Assembly: GCA_016180575.1 (NCBI GenBank)
Contig: JACPAY010000001.1
Span: forward strand, 857-64,856
Source of the DNA: Candidatus Omnitrophota bacterium
GTDB lineage: Bacteria > Omnitrophota > Gorgyraeia > Aquiviventales > Aquiviventaceae
Direction: 5' to 3'
DNA length: 64,000 nucleotides
A program made the translations under genes and the position numbers. Shown here one piece after another: positions 33,497 to 41,061 of the stretch. Within the stretch, counting starts at the first letter, position 1. Each line of letters starts with the position of its first letter. The notes beneath the pieces were generated by a model. It was not told the DNA's origin. It did not search any database and was given only the letters and a program-made list of their open reading frames with translations.

Positions 33497-34192
33497 CTAG
33501 ACCTTCTGCCGGAGCAGGTCTTCCACGATGCTACTGCAGGTGGGCTGCCGCATTTCGAAGTAGTCGAACATTCCAAACAATTCACTCGTGACCTGATACG
33601 TCAGGTCACTTATAGCCGGTGCGATGGTCGCCACGGCCACTACCAGTAACTTGTCCACTTGGTCGACGTGGCATTTCCACCCACCGTGCATCAATCTATT
33701 CCGGTCGGCAACTCCTAACTCCCGCCCTTTCAGGGCATCATGCGAAAATCGAATCGAAACCTCATCAGCAGAGTCCAGACCCAAGTTATTCACGAGCCGT
33801 GAGCAGTAGAGGAATGCTTCCGCAACTCGCCGAATCCTCGTGTCAACATGCAGTTGAGTCCGAGCGGGCCCCTCCCAGACAGTATCCTCTTCATAAGATC
33901 TCATAAAGAACAACCGACCATCACGGAAAAGCTTCCAGTAGTCAACGGTGTCTCGGAGGGAGGTGGCCTGATCCCGCAGGTCAATCAGTGCCTCGATGCC
34001 ATCCTCAACGGGTTTCGGCGAATACTCTGGGCGCGTCATGGTAACGCCAATGGGCCATCCAGTAACTCGGCATTCTGCTGCCTCGGCTATCCTCAGAAGC
34101 TCTCGGTGACCAATAAGACCAAGCTTTCGATTCGGTTTGAACGTAAACTCAAAGGTTCCAAATTCGGCAGGTTTGGGTGCCTGACTAGACAT
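33497..34192 (-). CDS. hypothetical protein, partner of the AlbA_2-like protein (low-GC island)
   Basis: The track ORF was trimmed to the ATG at 34192 (MSSQAPKPAEFGTFEF...), which follows a GGAGG SD. The start overlaps the upstream stop by 8 nt (ATGTCTAG). It is 231 aa with no recognised domain. Confidence 0.55.
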   Translation of the reverse strand: MSSQAPKPAEFGTFEFTFKPNRKLGLIGHRELLRIAEAAECRVTGWPIGVTMTRPEYSPKPVEDGIEALIDLRDQATSLRDTVDYWKLFRDGRLFFMRSYEEDTVWEGPARTQLHVDTRIRRVAEAFLYCSRLVNNLGLDSADEVSIRFSHDALKGRELGVADRNRLMHGGWKCHVDQVDKLLVVAVATIAPAISDLTYQVTSELFGMFDYFEMRQPTCSSIVEDLLRQKV

Positions 34193-34862
34193 TCCGACCT
34201 CCGCTGCTTTGGAGTCGCTTGAGTACTGACATACGTACCTCTTCAATCCACTGGTCCGGAGTCGCATCGGCGCCACGCAGATCGAGCTTCACGTAGGGCT
34301 CTAGTGCAACCTTGAGAGCTTTAATAAACTCGCCCCGCTTGGCCACAATGCAACTCTCGATGAGGGCCCTCCAAGCTACTGGCCCTGCAACAATTGTGGT
34401 CTTTGCTTCCCTATCGCGAACGTAGACCGCACCTTGCCGCAAGATTTCCTCACGATCGCTGAGATAGATGGTCTTCCCACAGAAGACCGGCTGCTCTGAA
34501 AAAGGCCTTATGCTAATGATCGGATATCTTCGTCCCTCGTGCTCGATCTTGTAAATCGTCATGTCGATTGAGTCCTGACCAGCGAGGAACGAATTAACAT
34601 GTTGCGCAACTCGTGTTACATCATAGGATTTGACCACCGCTTCCGACAGGTCGGGATCGGGCCGTGGGTGTCCATCATCGCCCTCGCGAAACCCAAGAAC
34701 AATGTATCCACCACCGCTATTCGTGAAGCCCTGGCAATGTTTTGCGAGCTTAAGGGCAAAGTCTGACTTCTCGTCGAATGCGACCCCAGCCTTATAATCA
34801 ACGCGTGCCGACTCTCCAGGGTGCTTGAGGAAGGATTGTAAAAGTTCTGGCGCCTCGTTCAT
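34185..34862 (-). CDS. AlbA_2 / Schlafen-like (divergent AAA_4) domain protein
   Basis: 225 aa. GESARVDYKAG....LKLAKHCQGFTNSGGGYIVLGFRE fits the AlbA_2 pattern (E..x(E/D)(F/Y)K ... (A/F)xNxxGGxhhhG). The C-terminal ~100 aa are unassigned. Confidence 0.6.
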   Translation of the reverse strand: MNEAPELLQSFLKHPGESARVDYKAGVAFDEKSDFALKLAKHCQGFTNSGGGYIVLGFREGDDGHPRPDPDLSEAVVKSYDVTRVAQHVNSFLAGQDSIDMTIYKIEHEGRRYPIISIRPFSEQPVFCGKTIYLSDREEILRQGAVYVRDREAKTTIVAGPVAWRALIESCIVAKRGEFIKALKVALEPYVKLDLRGADATPDQWIEEVRMSVLKRLQSSGGRNV

Positions 34863-34883
34863 TGTAGAGGTATCAAAATTCTC

Positions 34884-35186
34884 CTAAGGATGCGAGTGAT
34901 TGCTTTTTTTATAAGCGTACACGTAGGCGCTGGCTCGATCGCCTCCACCAGATCCACCATCAGTACCAAGCGTGCTGACAAGGTGGGCTTCGGCACGTCG
35001 CGCCTCTTCGCTTGAAAGAGCTTGTCTAAAAATCCAAGCATCACCCTGTCTTAAAACGCCGTGATCGTTGAAAAGTCGGTTGGTAGGCTCCTTGGCGATA
35101 CCCACATACCAAGTGCTGGGGGGACCCCCGCACTGATGCATATACTCCATAATTTCTGCAACGATTTGACTCGCCGGCCTAAACAT
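34884..35186 (-). CDS. small GIY-YIG-like protein (tentative)
   Basis: 100 aa. WYVGIAKEPTNRLFNDH...EEARRAEAHL...GGSGGGD...YVYAYKK resembles GIY-YIG/Uri-type small proteins. This is a weak call. Confidence 0.4.
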   Translation of the reverse strand: MFRPASQIVAEIMEYMHQCGGPPSTWYVGIAKEPTNRLFNDHGVLRQGDAWIFRQALSSEEARRAEAHLVSTLGTDGGSGGGDRASAYVYAYKKSNHSHP

Positions 35187-35306
35187 TTCAACCTCCCATC
35201 TTTCAACCGGTGGCAGCGCGACGGTTATCGTGGTGCTCTCTTACCGGTTGAGGCTACGCTCCACGCACGCGGCCTGGCTGTAATGTGGCCGCTATAGTTC
35301 GTTGAT

Positions 35307-35564
35307 TCACGCGAGCAAACCTGCTTGCCTTCGAACGTTGTTGTGCCAATTGAGCGGACGTAGATTGGTCAACGAATCGCTTCCGCCGAGGGACTGTGGA
35401 ACGATGTGGTCAATTTCCCAGCCGTAGAGGGAGTCCCTGTTGCCGTACTGTTTCCGCTCGATCAAAGTTCCGTACGCGTCCATGCGAACGTAATTAGGGT
35501 CGAAACCAAGCGCCAAGCGGCCCTTTGCCCAGACCAACTGCTCGAGGAGGAAGCTGAAGTCCAT
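35307..35564 (-). CDS. small HNH endonuclease-like protein
   Basis: 85 aa. GWEIDHIVPQSLGGSDSLTNLRPLNWHNN is an HNH core. Confidence 0.75.
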   Translation of the reverse strand: MDFSFLLEQLVWAKGRLALGFDPNYVRMDAYGTLIERKQYGNRDSLYGWEIDHIVPQSLGGSDSLTNLRPLNWHNNVRRQAGLLA

Positions 35565-35752
35565 CCCTCGTCACCTTTTTAATGCACTGGTAGCCAACGT
35601 CTCAGTATGAGGTGTCCGTGGTTCCAGTTGCAGCAACAAAGCTGGTAAGCGATCGCACTGAGTCTTGCAGCACCTTACGACCACTAGCCTAAAACTGACA
35701 CCCCCCTTCGCTGCGAATTAACTAAGCTCGAACGTTAGTCGGCCAGGCTACG

Positions 35753-38551
35753 TTACGAGCAGCCTGAAGTGCAACCACAGTTCAGACATTTGTAACACGC
35801 GGCGTTGCGCACCATCAGCGAGCCGCACTCCGGGCAGGCCGGGGCGTCCGCCTGGGCGACGAACGTGACCTTCTCCTGCTGCTCGAACGGATTGACCGCC
35901 GCCGCCTGCGGGGCGGGCTTCGGCGCGCCTGCCTGCGCCGCGCCGGGCGCGGCAGGCAGGCCGTTGGCGGGCTTGGCGCCGGGCGGCTCGGTGACCTTGA
36001 AGTGCTGCGCCTCCTCCGCCGGCAGGAACTTCAGCGCCATCCAGCGGAAGATGTAGTCGATGATCGACTTGGCGAACCGGATGTCCTTGTTGTTCGTGAC
36101 CCCGGAGGGCTCGAACCGCACGTGCGAGAACTTGTTCACGAGCACCTTGAGCGGGACGCCGTACTGGAGGGCAAGCGAGACCATCGTGGCGAAGGCGTCC
36201 ATGAGGCCGGAGAGGGTCGAGCCTTCCTTCGAGATCGTGATGAAGATCTCGCCGGGTGAGCCGTCCTCGAAGAGGCCGACGGTCAGGTACCCCTCGTGCC
36301 CGCCGACCGAGAACTTGTGCGTGATCGCCTGCCGCTCATCCGCGAGCCGCCGGCGGTAGGGCGTGCCGGCCGGGGCCTTCTTGGCGGCGCCCTTCTCCTC
36401 TTTGCTCGTCGAGAGCGGCTGGACCCGCTTGGAGCCGTCGCGGTAGATGGCGATCGCCTTGATGCCCAGGCGCCAGGCCTCGGTGTAGGCCTGGCAGATG
36501 TCCTCGACCGCGGCCTCCGGCGGCAGGTTCACCGTCTTTGAAATCGCCCCGCTGATGAACGGCTGCACCGCGCCCATCATCCGCACGTGGCCCATGTAGT
36601 GGATGGAGCGCGTGCCGTTGATGGGGCGAAACGCGCAGTCGAAGATCGGGAGGTGCTCCGGTTTCAGCCCCGGGGCGCCTTCAATCGTGTCCTTCTCGTT
36701 GATGTGCTTGAGGATCAGTTCGACCTCGGACGCCTCATAGCCCAGCTTCGCGAGCGCCTTCCGGACGGTCTGGTTGACGATCTTGAGCACCCCGCCGCCC
36801 ACCAGCCGCTTGTACTTCACGAGCGCGATGTCCGGCTCGACCCCGGTCGTGTCGCAGTCCATGAGGAAGGCGATGGTCCCGGTCGGCGCGATGACGCTCA
36901 TCTGCGAGTTGCGCACCCCGGCGCGCTCGCCGAGCGTGATCGCCTCATCCCACGCGCGGGCGGCCGCCTGGAGGAGCGGCGGCGGCACCAGGCGGTGGTT
37001 CACCTTGTCCACCTGGGCGCGGTGCTTGCGCAGGACGCGCAGCTGCGGCTCGCGGTTGCGCGCAAAGCCCGCGTACGGCCCGAGCTGCTCGGCGAGCTGG
37101 CCGGACACCTCGTAGGCGTGGCCGGTCATGAGCGCGCTGACCGCCCCGGACCAGGCCCGCCCTTCCTCCGAGTCGTACGCGACGCCGAGCGACATCAGCA
37201 GCGCCCCGAGGTTCGCGTAGCCGAGGCCCAGCTCCCGGTAGTCGCGGGCGTTGTGCGCGATCTTCTCGGTGGGGTAGGAGGAGTTGTCGATGACGATGTC
37301 CTGCGCGATGATGAGGATCCGCACCGCGTACTTGAACTGCTCGATGAGGAAGTTGCCCTCGTCATCGAGGAATTTCAGGAGGTTGATGCTGGCGAGGTTG
37401 CAGGCGGAGTTGTCCAGGTGCATGTACTCGCTGCAGGGGTTGGAGGCGTTGATCCGGCCGGTGTTGGGGCAGGTGTGCCAGTCGTTGATCGTGGTGTCGA
37501 ACTGCATCCCCGGGTCGCCGCAGTGCCAGGTCGCCTCGGCGATGAGCCGCAGGAGGTCGCGCGCCTTGACCCGCTCCATGATCTCGCCCGTCGTCACCGC
37601 CTTGAGGTCCCATTCCTCATCGGCGAGCGCGCGCTTCATGAACTCGTCGGTCGCGCGCACCGAGTTGTTCGCGTTCTGGAAGAAGACCGAGCCGTACGCC
37701 TCCCCGTCGATCGCGGCGTCGTAGCCGACGTCGATGAGCTTGTGCGCCTTCTCCTCCTCCTTCCACTTGCAGAGGATGAAGAGCCTGACGTCCGGGTGGT
37801 CGGCGTTGAGGACCACCATCTTGGCCGCGCGCCGCGTCTTGCCGCCGGACTTGATGACGCCCGCGGAGGCGTCCGCCGCCCGCATGAACGACACCGGCCC
37901 CGAGGCGGTCCCGCCGCCGGCGAGCCGCTCGCGCGAGGAGCGCAGGTTCGACACGTTCAGGCCGGAGCCTGAGCCGTACTTGAAGATCATCCCCTCGTTG
38001 CGGTACCACTCGAGGATGGAGTCCATCGTGTCGTCCACCGAGAGGATGAAGCACGCGCTGCACTGGGGGCGGGGCTCGATGCCGACGTTGAACCACACCG
38101 GCGAGTTGAACGCGGCGTACTGGTGGACGAGCAGGTAGGTGAGCTCCGCGCGGAACGCCTCGGCGTCCTCGGCGGAGGCGAAGTAGCCGTCCTTGATGCC
38201 CCAGTCGGCAATCGTGTTGGCGACGCGGCCGATGAGCTGCTTGACGCTCCGCTCCCGCTGCGGGGTGCCGAGCGCGCCGCGGAAATACTTCGACACCACC
38301 ACGTTGGTGGCCAGCTGGCTCCAGAAGGCGGGCACCTCCACGTCCTTCTGCTCGAAGACCACCCCGCCCTTCTCGTTGCCGATGGTCGCGGTGCGCAGCT
38401 CCCAGGTGATCTCGTCGAAGGGGTGAACGGCCGGACGGGTCCAGCGCCTGGAAACGGTCAACCCCCCGAGCACCGCCTGCGCCTCCCCCGACTTCAGCGC
38501 TGCCGTCGCCGCCTGGCCCGACCCGTGCTGCGCGGTCACCTCACCCATCAC
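35753..38551 (-). CDS. nrdJ: adenosylcobalamin-dependent (class II) ribonucleotide reductase
   Basis: 932 aa. ...SACFIL...NPCSEYMHLDNSACNLASINL...GLGYANL... shows the class II active-site pattern, with a C-terminal Cys4 finger CPECG...CYKCLNCG. The start is GTG 38551 or ATG 38548, after a GAGGAGGA SD. It contains palindromic insert copy d. Confidence 0.9.
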   Translation of the reverse strand: MMGEVTAQHGSGQAATAALKSGEAQAVLGGLTVSRRWTRPAVHPFDEITWELRTATIGNEKGGVVFEQKDVEVPAFWSQLATNVVVSKYFRGALGTPQRERSVKQLIGRVANTIADWGIKDGYFASAEDAEAFRAELTYLLVHQYAAFNSPVWFNVGIEPRPQCSACFILSVDDTMDSILEWYRNEGMIFKYGSGSGLNVSNLRSSRERLAGGGTASGPVSFMRAADASAGVIKSGGKTRRAAKMVVLNADHPDVRLFILCKWKEEEKAHKLIDVGYDAAIDGEAYGSVFFQNANNSVRATDEFMKRALADEEWDLKAVTTGEIMERVKARDLLRLIAEATWHCGDPGMQFDTTINDWHTCPNTGRINASNPCSEYMHLDNSACNLASINLLKFLDDEGNFLIEQFKYAVRILIIAQDIVIDNSSYPTEKIAHNARDYRELGLGYANLGALLMSLGVAYDSEEGRAWSGAVSALMTGHAYEVSGQLAEQLGPYAGFARNREPQLRVLRKHRAQVDKVNHRLVPPPLLQAAARAWDEAITLGERAGVRNSQMSVIAPTGTIAFLMDCDTTGVEPDIALVKYKRLVGGGVLKIVNQTVRKALAKLGYEASEVELILKHINEKDTIEGAPGLKPEHLPIFDCAFRPINGTRSIHYMGHVRMMGAVQPFISGAISKTVNLPPEAAVEDICQAYTEAWRLGIKAIAIYRDGSKRVQPLSTSKEEKGAAKKAPAGTPYRRRLADERQAITHKFSVGGHEGYLTVGLFEDGSPGEIFITISKEGSTLSGLMDAFATMVSLALQYGVPLKVLVNKFSHVRFEPSGVTNNKDIRFAKSIIDYIFRWMALKFLPAEEAQHFKVTEPPGAKPANGLPAAPGAAQAGAPKPAPQAAAVNPFEQQEKVTFVAQADAPACPECGSLMVRNAACYKCLNCGCTSGCS
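35928..35960. repeat. intragenic GC-rich palindromic element, copy d (orientation A, minimal spacer)
   Basis: CCTGCCTGCGCCGCGCC-g-GGCGCGGCAGGCAGG lies in the C-terminal linker of nrdJ and encodes LPAAPGAAQAG. Confidence 0.75.
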
Positions 38552-38626
38552 GCTGATCCTCCTCTACACCCAAGCTGTTGACCTGTTCCCAGAAATATCC
38601 ACAAGCCGTAGGGGTTCCTCAACCCC

Positions 38627-38654
38627 ACTGTAGCACAGGGTCAACCCTTGTCAA
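38627..38654 (-). promoter_or_regulatory. candidate sigma70-type promoter of nrdJ
   Basis: The minus strand reads TTGACA-16 nt-TACAGT, about 75 nt upstream of the start. The palindrome GGGGTTCCTCAACCCC (38611-38626) lies just downstream. Confidence 0.4.
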
Positions 38655-38674
38655 GCCCAAAAATTGGACTCAAA

Positions 38675-38731
38675 ACACCACCTGTTGTGTAAAAACCGTA
38701 GCGTGGCTCTAAGGGTTGAGGTATCTGGTGT
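38675..38731. promoter_or_regulatory. possible NrdR-box-like palindromes
   Basis: ACACCACCTGTTGTGT (38675-38690) has ACAC...GTGT ends over 16 nt. A weaker half-site TTGAGGTATCTGGTGT lies at 38716-38731, with centres 41 nt apart, upstream of the -35. Confidence 0.25.
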
Positions 38732-38754
38732 TTTTACGACGGTGATGGGGTCTG

Positions 38755-39174
38755 TTAGAGCGTAAATCGCTCTCCCCGGGGCTGGAGCTTCGGCGGCAGC
38801 GCGGGTTTGTTGACGGTGACCTCGATCGGCTCCGTCTCGAATGTGGCTCCGTCACGCGTGACGGTGAACGGCCCCAGCCGGAAGGTTCCGGCCCGCTGCG
38901 CCGCCAGGACGTAGGAGAGGGTGAGCGACCGCTCCATGGCGCCGGCCCTGAGGGAGAAGTTCGTCGCCTGGCTGCGCGCGGCAATCGTGAAGCCTTCCGG
39001 CGGCTCGATGGCGGGGAGCTCCACGCCCTCAAGGTTGCCGCTCAGCGTGAGGACGAGCTGGAGCGGCTCGCCGAGCTCCAGGGTGATCCTGTCCACCTTC
39101 GCCGAGAACGCGAAGTCCTGCGCGAAGGCGAGCGCCGAGACGCTGAGCGCCGCCGGCCAGGCCAGCCAGCGCAT
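38755..39174 (-). CDS. secreted protein with BatD-like N-terminal domain (tentative)
   Basis: 139 aa. The signal peptide ends AFAQD. KVDRITLELGEPLQLVLTLSG...GTFRLGPFTV looks Ig-like. It starts 1 nt after the htpX stop. Confidence 0.45.
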   Translation of the reverse strand: MRWLAWPAALSVSALAFAQDFAFSAKVDRITLELGEPLQLVLTLSGNLEGVELPAIEPPEGFTIAARSQATNFSLRAGAMERSLTLSYVLAAQRAGTFRLGPFTVTRDGATFETEPIEVTVNKPALPPKLQPRGERFTL

Positions 39175-39175
39175 G

Positions 39176-40027
39176 CTACAGCCGCATGCCCCGCAGGCGG
39201 CGGACGCGCTCCTCGATGGGCGGGTGCGTCGAGAAGAGCTTCGCGATCGCGTCCGCGCGCAGCGGGTTCACGATGAACAGGTGCGCCGTCGCCGGGTTGG
39301 CATTCTGCAGGGGACGCGCCCGGACCGCGGCGTGCAGCTTCTCCAGCGCGCTCGCGAGGCCGTGGGGGTTGCCGGTCAAGCGCGCGCCGGTCTCATCCGC
39401 CCCGTACTCCCGCGTCCGGGAGATCGCCAGCTGAATCAGCATCGCGGCGATCGGGGCCAGGATCGCGATGATCAGGAGCGCCACCAGCTGCACCGCCGCG
39501 TTGCTGTTGCGCCGGTCGCTGCGCCCCCCGAACATCAACCCCCAGCGGGCCCAGCTGGCCAGCATGGAGATCGCGCCGGCCACCGCCGCGGCGATGGACA
39601 TGACCAGCGTGTCGCGGTTCTTCACGTGGCTGAGCTCATGCGCGAGGACCCCTTTGAGCTCTTCCTCGCTCATCAGCTCCAGAAGCCCGGAGGTCACCGC
39701 GACCGCGGCGTGCTTGGGGCTGCGGCCGGTGGCGAAGGCGTTGGGCATCGCGGTCGGCAGCTGGTAGAGCTTCGGCATCGGGATGCGCTCGCGTGTCGCC
39801 AGCTCGCGCACCGCGCGGTAGACCTGCGGCGCTTCGGATTCGCCGAGCGGCTTGGCCCGGTACATCGCGAGCACGATCCGGTCGCTGAACCAGTAGGCGC
39901 CCAGGTTCATCAGCAGGGCGAAGGCGAACGCCATCGTCGCTCCCTGGGCGCCGCCGATGACCTGGCCGACGAAGACGAGCAGCACCGTCAGCAGCGCGAG
40001 CAGAAACCCGGTCCTCAACACGTTCAT
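39176..40027 (-). CDS. htpX: protease HtpX (M48 family)
   Basis: 283 aa. It has 4 TM helices, the HELSHV zinc motif, and ...REYGADETGA.... Confidence 0.9.
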   Translation of the reverse strand: MNVLRTGFLLALLTVLLVFVGQVIGGAQGATMAFAFALLMNLGAYWFSDRIVLAMYRAKPLGESEAPQVYRAVRELATRERIPMPKLYQLPTAMPNAFATGRSPKHAAVAVTSGLLELMSEEELKGVLAHELSHVKNRDTLVMSIAAAVAGAISMLASWARWGLMFGGRSDRRNSNAAVQLVALLIIAILAPIAAMLIQLAISRTREYGADETGARLTGNPHGLASALEKLHAAVRARPLQNANPATAHLFIVNPLRADAIAKLFSTHPPIEERVRRLRGMRL

Positions 40028-40083
40028 CTGATGGTCCTCCTGTGGTGGGGGTCGTGGCAGACTACGCTGTAGGTGACGTCTTT

Positions 40084-40111
40084 ATTATAGACCCCCCGTC
40101 CAGGCTGTCAA
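40084..40111 (-). promoter_or_regulatory. candidate sigma70-type promoter of htpX
   Basis: The minus strand reads TTGACA-16 nt-TATAAT, followed by a ~56-nt leader with an AGGAGGA SD. The -35 abuts the flank of repeat R2. Confidence 0.55.
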
Positions 40112-40117
40112 AGCGGG

Positions 40118-40245
40118 GGTGCTGTCTCAATTTGGCGGGTGACGCAGAGCCGGGGACCCCGTCGCCTGCCCGCAGGCGAAGGCCGAGGACAGCCGACGGG
40201 GTGGCGGCGCGGCAGCGGCAGGACCCGCCAAATTGAGACACGACC
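40118..40245. mobile_element. MITE-like structured repeat R2 (core inverted relative to R1)
   Basis: It has the same TIRs as R1, in the same left/right configuration (GGTGC... left, ...CGACC right). The internal ~82 bp is the reverse complement of the R1 core. The flanking 8-mers AAAGCGGG / AAAATGGG match at 6 of 8 positions. Confidence 0.6.
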
Positions 40246-40259
40246 AAAATGGGGGCTGG

Positions 40260-41057
40260 TCAGAGGCGGAACGAGGCGAGGTCGCGCGCGAGCGTCAGGC
40301 GGCCGCGGAAGGCGCGGCGCACCCGCCGCCGGATGTCGTAGCCCTTGAACACGGGGTAGAAATGGGTCAGCACGAGATGCCGGCAGTTGGCCGACGCTGC
40401 GATGCGGCCGCACTCGGTCGGGGTGAGGTGGCCTGCCACCTTGCGCTCATCGGGCACGGAGCACTCGAGGATGAGCAGGTGGGTGTCGCGGCCGAGCTCG
40501 ACGATGGCGTCGCAGAGGTCCGTGTCGCCCGAATAGGCGATGCGCTTCCCGTCGGCCTCCAGCCGGTAGCCGAGGGCGGGCGCTGAGTGGCGCATCCAGC
40601 GCGCGCGCATCGTCCCCTTCCCCAGCTTCACCATCGCCTCCTTGATCTCCTTCAGCCGGAGCGCGTAGCCCCGCGGGGTGAGCCAGCCGTTGAGCGCGCT
40701 GTTGAGCCGCCGGTAGAGCCGCTTCAGGCCCGGCGGCCCGTAGACGGCGAGCGGCGCGCGCGGCGGGCGGTCGGGGATGCCTGCCTGCGCCGCGCCTATC
40801 GAACGACTCTTCGGCGCGGCAGGCAGGCGCAGGGCGAAGAGGAGGCTGGCCAGATCCAGGCAGTGGTCGAGGTGGTAGTGGGTGAGGAACACGCGGTCGA
40901 GCGTGAAGAGGTTCCCGCCGGCCGCGTGCAGCCGCTGGAGCGTCCCCGGCCCGGCATCAATGAGCAGCCGCTCGCCGGCCGCCTCGATGAAGAGGCCGGA
41001 TGGGCTGCGGTCCCGCGCGGGGATCGCCGTCCCGGCGCCGAGGATGGTCACCCGCAT
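40260..41057 (-). CDS. MBL-fold metallo-hydrolase (RNase Z/BN-like)
   Basis: 265 aa. LIDAGPG...LTHYHLDHCLDL...YSGDT.... It contains palindromic insert copy c. Confidence 0.8.
   Translation of the reverse strand: MRVTILGAGTAIPARDRSPSGLFIEAAGERLLIDAGPGTLQRLHAAGGNLFTLDRVFLTHYHLDHCLDLASLLFALRLPAAPKSRSIGAAQAGIPDRPPRAPLAVYGPPGLKRLYRRLNSALNGWLTPRGYALRLKEIKEAMVKLGKGTMRARWMRHSAPALGYRLEADGKRIAYSGDTDLCDAIVELGRDTHLLILECSVPDERKVAGHLTPTECGRIAASANCRHLVLTHFYPVFKGYDIRRRVRRAFRGRLTLARDLASFRL
40780..40827. repeat. intragenic GC-rich palindromic element, copy c (orientation A)
   Basis: CCTGCCTGCGCCGCGCC, 16 nt, then GGCGCGGCAGGCAGG. It lies inside the MBL hydrolase and encodes LPAAPKSRSIGAAQAG. Confidence 0.75.
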
Positions 41058-41061
41058 CGCG

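Noticed and set aside
35061-35297. A 78-aa plus-strand ORF in the low-GC island. The ORFs 33619..33906, 33848..34222 and 34859..35044 are of the same kind.
   Set aside because: They overlap better-supported minus-strand ORFs, and they lack an SD and any motifs.
35753-38551. A possible intein in the long NrdJ protein.
   Set aside because: The protein is collinear with monomeric class II RNRs. I saw no Cys/Ser...His-Asn splice-junction block or homing-endonuclease motifs.
38552-38754. A possible cobalamin riboswitch upstream of the B12-dependent nrdJ.
   Set aside because: I could not find a B12-box-like core or the multi-stem architecture. The leader from the candidate promoter is only about 75 nt.
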